DNA of 8,240 nt from Octopus sinensis (taxonomy: Eukaryota): assembly GCF_006345805.1 (NCBI RefSeq), contig NW_021828491.1:1-8240 (forward strand), read 5' to 3'. Position 1 is the stretch's first letter; every line of letters starts with the position of its first letter. The position numbers and the translations under genes are program-made. This document shows, piece by piece, positions 1 through 7,351 of the stretch. Under the pieces are notes generated by a model. That model did not search any database. It had not been told where the DNA came from and saw only the letters and a list, made by a program, of their open reading frames with translations.

Positions 1-292
1 TAGAAAATATTTACATTTAACATGATGCCCTTCTCTTTAACATCAGTCTTAATAAAATTGTTATCTTAATAACTTAACGTTTTAATGAGTTTTCTATATT
101 TTTCTTGTATATGTTTGTAGATAATTAATTTATTTTTGATTAGATTTTAATTAAAATATGTGTAGCATTTCATTATATAATTATTCAAGTCATTAATGGA
201 AAATTTACATTTGGCAATGCTTTCTTTTATTTGTGCTTCAATTATTATCTCTTTATTTGTTATTATTGATTATATTCTCGCGTCTACATAGT

Positions 293-470
293 GTGAGAGA
301 AAGTTGTGGTGAAAGAGTACAGCAGAGTTCACCACCACCCCCTGCCGGAGACTCGTAGAGCTTTAGGTGTTTTCTCTCAATAAACACTCACAACGCCCGG
401 TCTGGGAATGGAAATCGCGATCTATGACCGCGAGTTCACTGCTCTAATCACTGGGCCATTGCGCCTCCAC
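293..470 (-). mobile_element. tRNA-derived SINE, family A, 5' portion
   Basis: Reverse complement begins GTGGAGGCGCAATGGCCCAGTGATTAGAGCAG (A-box-like TGGCCCAGTGA), then a degenerate B-box (ATTTCCATTCCC) and a GC-richer body within very AT-rich flanks. It resembles an octopus SINE from memory. Confidence 0.75.
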
Positions 471-613
471 AATTCTTATAATAATACAATTTGTATATAA
501 AAATACATCATTGTCAGACATTATTGTCGAACTAAGGGTCATCGAGCTACAGAGAGAGCAGCCACATCTTACTCAAATAACATTTGACTAGTTAGAAATA
601 TTATTTATTTATT

Positions 614-1057
614 AAGGTGGCGAGCGTCAGAACCATTAGCACTATGGGCAAATGCTTAACGGCATTTCGTCCGTTTTTACGTTCTGAGTTAAAATTCCAC
701 CGAGGTCGACTTTGCCTTTCATCCTTTCGAAATCGGTAGTTGTTAGTTGTCGGAGCACTGCATCCTTCAAAACTTCCATGCTTCCTGAGATTCGCCAACA
801 CTACACCTGATTTTCTCCCCTCCATACACAAGCAAGCATGTATCTGACTCATACACTTCGCTTTCCAGACATTTGTACATTACTGCATATACTTTATGCG
901 CACTTTTGACAAGTTGAGGTGCACCTGAGGACTGTATACAATAATTTCATTATTATTATTTAAAATAAGTAGGAGTTTAGTCCTGGGGTTGATGTGAACG
1001 ACTAACCCCATCCTCGGAATTGCTGGCCTTGTGCCTAAATTTGAAACCAATATTATT
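614..1057 (+). mobile_element. tRNA-derived SINE, family C, split by an insertion (parts 614-735 and 961-1057)
   Basis: 614-735 aligns to 1246-1368 (GGCGAGC...GAGGTCGACTTTGCCTTTCATCCTTTCG). 961-1057 (TAAAATAAGTA...CTGGGGTTGATGT...GGCCTTGTGCCTAAATTTGAAACCA) continues the same element as in the copies at 4716-4860 and 8014-8213(-). Confidence 0.85.
736..960 (+). mobile_element. 3' terminal fragment of a CR1/L2-like LINE (end of ORF2, 3'UTR, (ATT)n tail)
   Basis: 736-810 translates VVVSCRSTASFKTSMLPEIRQHYT*, like the '(WNxLP)xxVVxxxSxxxFKxxL' C-terminus of CR1/L2 RT ORFs. A ~140-nt UTR ending ATTATTATTATT follows. It precisely interrupts a SINE. Confidence 0.6.
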
Positions 1058-1129
1058 CGAGTGAGAAATTATGTTACTTTCATAATTTTTTTATTAATAA
1101 TTTTTGTTGACGCTTGTTTTCTTCCTATG

Positions 1130-1801
1130 ACTAAGTGCCTGAGCCAGTCTAGCATCTGGAATATCGTCAGGCACTCACCGCCCCCACCCACCAGTCAGGC
1201 AATGCAGCCGGTGGAAGTTCTTAGTTAGCAATATTGAAATCTAGTGGCGGCGAGCTGGCAGAAGCGTTAGCATGCCGGGTGAAATGCGTAGCCGTATTTC
1301 GTCTACCGTTACGTTCTGGGTTCAAATTCCGCCGAAGTCGACTTTGCCTTTCATCCTTTCGGGGTCGATAACTTAAGTACCAGTTACGCACTGGGGTCGC
1401 TGTAATCGACTTAATCCGTGTGTCTGTCCTTGTTTGTCCCCTCTGTGTTTAGCCCCTTGTGGGTAGTAAAGAAATAGGTATTTCGTCTGCGGTTACGTTC
1501 TGAGTTCAAATTCCGCCGAGGTCGACTTTGCCTTTCATCCTTTCGGGGTCGATATATTAAGTACCAGTTACGCACTGAGGTCGATGTAATCGTCTTAATC
1601 CGTTTGTCTGTCCTTGTTTGTCCTCTCTGTGTTTAGTAAAGAAATAAAGAATATAGAAATCTAGTGGTGGATAAGAGAGAAGATATTCTCGGGGAAACTC
1701 TAGGCGTCGACAAGGATGAAGAATCTGGATTGTTTTGGAAGATTTTTGGGCCGGGTACCAACATAGAAAACTTCCAGAAATCCCTGACCTGGAAGTGGTA
1801 A
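1130..1801 (+). pseudogene. Decayed L1/Tx1-like LINE ORF2 fragment interrupted by a SINE (parts ~1130-1247 and 1652-1801)
   Basis: 1652-1801 reads YRNLVVDKREDILGETLGVDKDEESGLFWKIFGPGTNIENFQKSLTWKW*. 1763-1797 matches 6839-6873(-) (MDNFQKSLTWQC) at 31/35 nt. The upstream part (HLEYRQALTA..., from 1153) is contiguous across the target-site duplication. The left boundary is approximate. Confidence 0.65.
1246..1650 (+). mobile_element. tRNA-derived SINE, family C, with tandemly duplicated body and target-site duplication
   Basis: Head GGCGGCGAGCTGGCAGAAGCGTTAG and B-box GGTTCAAATTCC. Body units start at 1294 and 1478 (period 184). A-rich tail TAAAGAAATAAAGAA. Flanked by AATATTGAAATCTAGTGG (1230-1247) and AATATAGAAATCTAGTGG (1650-1667). 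Confidence 0.9.
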
Positions 1802-1858
1802 ACACCAGAAGGCATTTGAACATAGTTTTGTTCAATTAAAGTTGACACGAAGTAAAAG

Positions 1859-1910
1859 AACAACAACAATAACGCCACAACCGCCAACAAAAACAACAAC
1901 AACAACAACA
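1859..1910 (+). repeat. Imperfect (CAA)n microsatellite
   Basis: Direct reading of the sequence. Confidence 0.9.
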
Positions 1911-2236
1911 GCATTCTGCTTCTTTTGGGATTCCGTAATATATTACTCAGGTTAGAAATATAATTCCTTGAGTTTAATTCTCTGTTACCGTTTTTGTTTT
2001 TACTAACTCGGCATCTTGTTATTCTTGGAAATCTTTGTTTATAGTTTCAGAAAACTTCAAGAAACAGGATTCCTGTTATTTCTTTCTTGTTTCTGATGTT
2101 AATCTGTGACTGAGTTCATATGATAGATATCCGTCTCTGTTAGTACATGTTCTTCTTCCAGCTAAAATCTGTAGACACTCTAACACAGAACTAAGAACAA
2201 ATAAAAAATATGTGTTGCTATTTAATTTTGTTTACC

Positions 2237-2326
2237 TTTTATCTTTTACTTGTTTCATTCATTAGACTTCGGCCATACTGGGGTATCATCTTGAAGAATT
2301 TTGCTCGAACGAATCGACCCTGGTAC
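2237..2326 (-). mobile_element. SINE family B 3' tail fragment
   Basis: Reverse complement (GGGTCGATTCGTTCGAG...CCCCAGTATGGCCGAAGTCTAATGAATGAAACAAGTAAAAGATAAAAG) aligns with 4512-4590. Confidence 0.8.
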
Positions 2327-2331
2327 ACACT

Positions 2332-2334
<3 letters not shown>

Positions 2335-2363
<29 letters not shown>

Positions 2364-2372
2364 TGTGTGTGT
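2335..2372 (+). repeat. (TG)n microsatellite
   Basis: Direct reading. Confidence 0.95.
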
Positions 2373-2758
2373 ATTATATAGAGTGCATTACTATACATAA
2401 ATGCCACACGTTAGGAGGGACTCTTAAGGTCAAAACTACTAAAATAAATAAACACATCGTACCGAAAACGAGGGAATGCAATTCTCGAAGCTAGCCACTT
2501 AAAAACAGAATTCAGCTTCAAATCACATGATTTCATAATTAGTGCAGAAATGTACTCTTTAATCGTCAATGCACGCATAATTCAAGATATATAATGAATG
2601 AACAAAAATCAACATACTAGACGAACAACCAATGTATCCAACGTAGCATAGAAATGTTCACCCTTTATACATCTATGTAAATGGCGGGCTTTTATGAACT
2701 GCATCTCGGTATAAACGTGTTTAATCGGAATAAAAATTCATTACTGAATGTAACGATG

Positions 2759-2946
2759 TTGACAACCGGTGTTGGTGCGTTTACGTCCCCGTTATTTAGC
2801 GGTTCGGGGAAAAGAGACCAGTAGAATACGTACCAGACTTTAAAAAAATATAAGAACTGGAGTCGATTTATTTGCCGAAAAATTCTTAAATGTGGTGCCC
2901 CAGTATGGGCACAGTCAAATGATTGAAGCAAGAAAAAGATTAAAGA
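2759..2946 (+). mobile_element. SINE family B 3' half, headless and diverged
   Basis: TTGACAACCGGTGTTGGTGCGTTTACGTCCCCG...TTAGCGGTTCGG...CAGTCAAATGATTGAAGCAAG aligns colinearly with 4417-4590. Confidence 0.85.
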
Positions 2947-3120
2947 GCATATATATAATTATTATAAGTGCAGGCGTGGCTGTGTGGTAAGAAGCATGCT
3001 TCCCAACCACAGGGTTCCTGGTTCATGGCACCTTAGGTAAGCGGCCCCTACTATGGCCTCGGGCCGACCAAAGCCTTGTGAGTGGATCTGGCAGACGGAA
3101 ACTGAAAGAAGCCCATTGTG

Positions 3121-3135
3121 AATATACATACATAC

Positions 3136-3184
<49 letters not shown>

Positions 3185-3201
3185 TATATATGTATATATA
3201 T
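3121..3201. repeat. (TACA)n/(TA)n microsatellite
   Basis: Direct reading. Confidence 0.95.
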
Positions 3202-3309
3202 ACCATAACCAGACCATCAGATGTGTGTTACACATTGCTGGTCACAATGCGTTCGCATTGTTTTAGCCTTCGAATGACGCCACCCCCCCCCGCTGGCTAA
3301 GCGAGCAGG

Positions 3310-3312
<3 letters not shown>
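3202..3312 (-). mobile_element. Repeat fragment embedded in (TA)n, probably the 3' portion of SINE family A
   Basis: A 111-bp complex island between two TA arrays. The family assignment is from recall only, with no in-window second copy. Confidence 0.45.
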
Positions 3313-3351
<39 letters not shown>

Positions 3352-3359
3352 ATATATAT
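3313..3359. repeat. (TA)n microsatellite
   Basis: Direct reading. Confidence 0.95.
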
Positions 3360-3404
3360 GAAAAAACAAGTCAAAAATAGAAAATGCTAATATAATTTAT
3401 AGTG

Positions 3405-3458
3405 AATCTTTCAGTAACCGGTTTCGGTCATTTTGAGACCTTTTCAACTGTAATGATT
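3405..3458 (-). ncRNA. Putative minimal type I hammerhead ribozyme, U3-A8 core variant (left-arm copy)
   Basis: Minus strand: AATCATTACAG-TTGAAAA-GGTC-TCAAAAT-GACC-GAAA-CCGG-TTA-CTGAAAGATT. Stem II is intact; there is one extra T before the cleavage triplet relative to the other copy. Confidence 0.6.
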
Positions 3459-3794
3459 AAATAATTAAATTTAGAAAAATTAGAAGAAAAGTTTTTTTAA
3501 AAGAATATTTCTGTAGTAGTGTTCAGATATAAGTAGCATTCTGCCTTTCTCTGACTCCCTTGTTTGCACTTGTGTGTTCGAGGTCGTTTTGAGTTTTTGG
3601 TAGGATAGGTGAAGAATAATGAGGCTGATGTGGAGAGGGGGTGGGGAAATCTGGGAATGCCTTAATGGTCGTATTTTGAATGGTCAGTGGCTGACAGTAG
3701 TCGCAGTTTAATTCAGGAATTGTTTATGGAATTTGCGTAGGCGTTATACTGAAAGACATTAGTGACAAGGTTAAGGGGTGGAAGGTGGAGAAGT

Positions 3795-3908
3795 AGAAGA
3801 AGAAGAAGATGACGATGTTGATGATGATGATGATGAAGAAGAAGAAGAAGAAGAAGGAGAAGAAGATGGTGGTGATGATGGTGGTGATGATGATGACGAC
3901 GATGATGA
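3795..3908 (+). repeat. Compound (GAA)n/(GAT)n/(GGT)n trinucleotide repeat in the inverted-repeat spacer
   Basis: Direct reading. Confidence 0.95.
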
Positions 3909-4149
3909 CTACTGTCAGCCACTGACCATTCAAAATACGACCATTAAGGCATTCCCAGATTTCCCCACCCCCTCTCCACATCACCTCCATTTTCTTCACC
4001 TATCCTACCAAGAACTCAAAACGACCTCGAACACACAAGTGCAAACAAGGGAGTCAGAGAAAGGCAGAATGCTACTTATATCTGAACACTACTACAGAAA
4101 TATTCTTTTAAAAAAACTTTTCTTCTAATTTTTCTAAATTTAATTATTT

Positions 4150-4201
4150 AATCGTTACAGTTGAAAAGTCTCAAAATGACCGAAACCGGTACTGAAAGAT
4201 T
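4150..4201 (+). ncRNA. Putative minimal type I hammerhead ribozyme, U3-A8 core variant (right-arm copy)
   Basis: AATCGTTACAG-TTGAAAA-GTC-TCAAAAT-GACC-GAAA-CCGG-TA-CTGAAAGATT. Palindromic ACCGGT stem III and GUA cleavage triplet ending at 4191; one G of stem II is missing relative to the other copy. Confidence 0.62.
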
Positions 4202-4280
4202 CACTATAAAATTATCTTAGCATTTTCTATGTTTGACTTGTTTTTTCATATATATCAACTCGTGTGTTCCTTTCCACCCT

Positions 4281-4281
4281 T

Positions 4282-4321
<40 letters not shown>

Positions 4322-4381
4322 TATATATATATCTATTATATATATATAATATATATATATATGTATGTATATATATATATA
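4281..4381. repeat. Imperfect (TA)n microsatellite
   Basis: Direct reading. Confidence 0.95.
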
Positions 4382-4715
4382 TTTGTGTGTCTTTGTGTTG
4401 TGTTTGTCCCCCTCGCTTGACAACCGATGTTGGTGTGTCTGCGCCCGCGAAACTTAGCGGTTCGGGATAAATGACCGATAGAATAAGTACTAGGCTTACA
4501 AAGATTAAGTTCTGGGGTCGATTTGTTCGACTAAAGGCGGTACTCTAGCATGGCCGCAGTCAAATGACTGAAACAAATAAAAGGATAAAAGTGGGGGGGG
4601 GACGGCAAATCTCGAAGCAGATAAAGCTGTAGATAATAGTGTGTAAACTTTGGGTTAAAGCCCATCTGCACTGAAATGGTCGAAGACTACCTGTGCAAAA
4701 TGAACCCACATATAT

Positions 4716-4860
4716 GAGTTCGGATGTCACCGAGGTCACCTTTGACTTTCACCCTTTTGGGGTCGATAAAATAAGTACCAGTCAGACGCTGAGGTCAATG
4801 TAACCGGCTCATCCACCTCCCCAAAATTCCTAGCCTTGGGCCAAAAGTTTCAGGCCAATA
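4716..4860 (+). mobile_element. SINE family C, old diverged copy
   Basis: CCGAGGTCACCTTTGACTTTCACCCTTTTGGGGTCGATAAAATAAGTACCAGT...CTGAGGTCAATGTAACCG aligns to 1331-1410. Confidence 0.8.
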
Positions 4861-4964
4861 TTTACATTTTGTTGTTTATAGCTTTATCTACTTCGAGATT
4901 CACTATTCCAAAACAGGATTCTTTTTCACGTTCTGAAAGTTTCAAAATCCTTATGACGTCAACA

Positions 4965-4965
<1 letters not shown>

Positions 4966-4999
<34 letters not shown>
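4966..4999 (+). repeat. (TG)17 microsatellite
   Basis: Direct reading. Confidence 0.95.
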
Positions 5000-5002
<3 letters not shown>

Positions 5003-5018
5003 ATATGCATGTATATTG

Positions 5019-5115
5019 TCGCCATCTTGAGGCACCGCCTTAAAAGGTTTTGGCTGAATATATCGATCTAGTTCTTATTTTAGTCTGATATTTTATTGAT
5101 TCCTTTTCATCGATT
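5019..5115 (-). mobile_element. Highly degenerate SINE family B tail fragment
   Basis: GCCATCTTGAGGCACCGCCTT is the reverse complement of the AAGGCGGT.CTC.AGCATGGC motif at 4534-4554; downstream similarity is weak. Confidence 0.5.
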
Positions 5116-5187
5116 TATCGGAGGTTCAATTAGCTTTTTGTTAGAAAATATTCGACGGAAAACCTACACTCGCTCAGATCCATCCAA

Positions 5188-5229
<42 letters not shown>

Positions 5230-5402
5230 GCATATATAAAATGTATGTTTGTATGTTTGCACGTGAGAATACATACATACACGTACATCCATCCATACAC
5301 ACATACACACATAGATGTATATGTATATATACACACGCACACACATATAGACATATATATATTCACACAAACATTATTACATACACACACAAAGCACACA
5401 TA
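5188..5402 (+). repeat. (CA)n followed by degenerate CA/TA/TACA low-complexity tract
   Basis: Direct reading. Confidence 0.9.
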
Positions 5403-5560
5403 TTTACGTATAGCTCACCCTATAAACCATTAAAAGGATCTTGAACCAGCTGAAATGCATTCAAGTACAATCTAAACAAACGTACTTTTACCCCAAACGC
5501 ATCTTCTTCGCTGTATGCACTTTAAAACCAACCATTACGAGCGCGTATATGCCTATATAC

Positions 5561-5642
5561 CTTTTATCTTTTATTTGTTTCAATCATTAGAATGCGGCCA
5601 TGCTGGAGCACCGCCCGGAAAAATTCGTAGTCGAAAGAATTG
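5561..5642 (-). mobile_element. SINE family B 3' tail fragment
   Basis: CTTTTATCTTTTATTTGTTTCAATCATTAGAATGCGGCCATGCTGGAGCACCGCC is the reverse complement of 4536-4591 and matches 2237-2290. Confidence 0.85.
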
Positions 5643-6047
5643 TTCCTCTCCGGTGCATGCTGTAATGTCGGTCATTTATGCGCCATGGAAAGCGGTTAAC
5701 CGGCCGTATGAGTCCGAGATGTTGATGAGGATGAATATCGGTCCATAGTAATTTTATGATTTGTTGCTGTTACCACGTAAAAATATTCTAATTCACAGTC
5801 ATTAACCATTCAAGATAGAAATCAGAAGACACTCTGGTTTATCAAGAATTGTCCAAGACTTCACCGACCACTCATTTAGTTCTCATTGCCCCAAAATTCC
5901 CATTCCCGTTTGGTCTTGAGTAAAAACTGAAGGCAGTGAAACAACGTGACGAATAACGATAAAAACGATAACGAAACAACCACATTACTTTCACCACTAC
6001 CTACAACAACTGTCATAAGGACAACATACTAGGATAGCCACAAAATC

Positions 6048-6097
<50 letters not shown>

Positions 6098-6127
6098 CAA
6101 CAACAACAACAACAACAACAATAATAA
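6048..6127 (+). repeat. Compound (AAT)n(AAC)n microsatellite
   Basis: Direct reading. Confidence 0.95.
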
Positions 6128-6882
6128 TTTATTTTTTATTGGCTAATATATGCAAACATAAAATGACATACAATAGCATTAAAAGACAAAAACCGGACGA
6201 TACAATGGGCTTTGACATTCATGTACACAGTAAATAACAATAAAAATTAAACAAGTAAAACTCCCAATGGAAATAAGCGCTTTAAAGGTTACTCGTGGAA
6301 AAGCCCACAAAAGCCACGGGAGCCTGATCAACAGTGCAAGAGCCCTTCTCTTTTTATTTTTCACAGGTATATACTCAGGAGTGGTCCTTTCACTGACCAT
6401 TCTTCCAACATTCACCCACCTTTCAATAAACAAGCTAGAAGGCAACATTGCCCTCTCCACCCTCACCTTCCTTCTCAAGTATTACTTGAATAAGTTGATG
6501 AGGGCTTGGCCAAAGAGGAAAGTGTCTGACTTAAGCCCTTTCAATCGAGTCCACCATACTACCTCTTTTGCTACAGCCACCAGACAAATTAAAATTACCT
6601 GCCCCTCCCGGCCAAAAGTGGGCGGCGGGGCAATCTTCACTGTGGATTCAGCTGATAGCCGGGTCCGTCCTACATTCGACAACAGGTGTTCGACATAAAC
6701 CCACAGGTCAGCAATGATCGGGCACTGGACGAGGGCGTGCAGAACAGTTTCGTCGCTCGGGACGCAACTCGGGAAGGCCGGCTAACGGTACTTCTGTGTC
6801 TGTAAAATTTATTCCGAACAGGCAGTGCCCATCGGTAGCACTGCCAGGTGAGGGATTTCTGGAAGTTATCCATAGGTCCCAT
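6128..6882 (-). mobile_element. 5'-truncated L1/Tx1-like LINE: ORF2 C-terminus with zf-RVT-type zinc knuckle, plus 3'UTR
   Basis: Joined minus frames read MDNFQKSLTWQCYRWALPVRNKFYRH...(frameshift ~6778)AFPSCVPSDETVLHALVQCPIIADLWVYVEHLLS...AKEVVWWTR...FK*(Y)LRRKVRVER...FIERW. The CxxC-E-H-C knuckle has its first Cys mutated. AATAAA at 6135-6140(-) is followed by a short A tail. Confidence 0.8.
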
Positions 6883-7312
6883 CTAAAGTTCCAAATAGAT
6901 AAGAGCAGCGAATCGTTCCTTTGTAAGATGTGTGGCAGCAAAAACGAAACAGTCTCACATATTGAGAGTGAGTATAGCAAGCTAACCCAAAAGCACTACA
7001 GAAGGAGGCACGATAATGTGGCTAAGTTTGTCTACTGGAGGCCATGTGAAAAGTACGTCCTGAACAGAGCACGGAAGTGGTACGAACATGAACCAGAAGG
7101 AGTCACCGAGAACAAAGAGTATACGATACAGTGGGATTTTACAATCCAGTATGACTCCCTAATCGATGCTCGGAGACCAAATATTGTTGTGATAGGTAAA
7201 GGAAACAAAGGAAACCAAGATTATAGATATTGCAATACCTGGGGACGGACGCATAAGTGACAAAGAAGTAGAAAAGATTGAAAAGTACAAACTACTAAAA
7301 GACGAAATGGCA
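6883..7312 (+). mobile_element. R4/Dong-like non-LTR retrotransposon fragment 1 (zinc knuckle and restriction-like endonuclease), decayed
   Basis: CKMCGSKNETVSHIESEY (CCHC with last Cys lost), YRRRHDNVA, WDFTIQ, RRPNIVV (RxPD), frameshift ~7205, then IIDIAIPGDGRISDKEVEKIEKYKLL. Confidence 0.85.
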
Positions 7313-7351
7313 AATACTCAAAGAGAGCTAATAATGCTGATGTTGATACAG

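Larger units (their letters stand above)
3352..4255. mobile_element. Long inverted repeat (arms 3352-3702 and 3907-4255, 204-bp spacer); probable Penelope-like element inverted pseudo-LTR pair
   Basis: The arms are reverse complements with roughly 11 differences by eye (~97%). Each has a hammerhead motif near its outer (3') end, and the structure sits in a (TA)n tract. The inverted repeat is certain; the Penelope assignment is inferred. Confidence 0.75.
2967..4590 (+). mobile_element. SINE family B host element: tRNA-like head 2967-3120, internal (TA)n carrying nested insertions, 3' half 4381-4590
   Basis: A-box TGGCTGTGTGG at 2977-2987 and truncated B-box GGTTCA at 3020-3025, followed by CORE-like TGGCACCTTAGGTAAG. 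The tail matches other copies in the window. Linking head and tail across the microsatellite relies on the recalled family structure. Confidence 0.7.

Noticed and set aside
1294-1650. Tandem repeat as a CRISPR array or tRNA genes
   Set aside because: There are only two long units with no spacers, the context is eukaryotic, and the A/B boxes belong to SINE heads without a complete cloverleaf.
1633-1914. ORF with a signal-peptide-like poly-Leu N-terminus
   Set aside because: The Leu run is antisense (CAA)n, and the remainder is antisense to the L1/Tx1 fragment.
3023-3300. YI-repeat ORFs (also 4264-4470) and CV/HT-repeat ORFs (2210-2494, 5130-5444)
   Set aside because: They are stop-free readings of dinucleotide microsatellites.
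3703-3795. Possible GIY-YIG C-terminal remnant (minus-strand ...IPELN...)
   Set aside because: It is too short and preceded by an in-frame stop, so it cannot be supported.
3778-4128. 116-aa acidic ORF and the antisense poly-His/Leu and poly-Ile/Phe ORFs (3713-3999)
   Set aside because: These are translations of the trinucleotide repeat running into a non-coding inverted-repeat arm, with no domain evidence.
4966-5220. (TG)n and (CA)n tracts forming an apparent inverted repeat
   Set aside because: Complementarity is limited to simple repeats that are abundant here, and the flanks do not pair.
6267-6698. 143-aa plus-strand ORF
   Set aside because: It is the antisense shadow of the minus-strand LINE ORF2 fragment.
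6796-7260. 154-aa ORF as a functional or domesticated nuclease
   Set aside because: It has a chimeric start, a lost zinc-knuckle Cys, PD mutated to PN, and a frameshift before the remaining catalytic residues.
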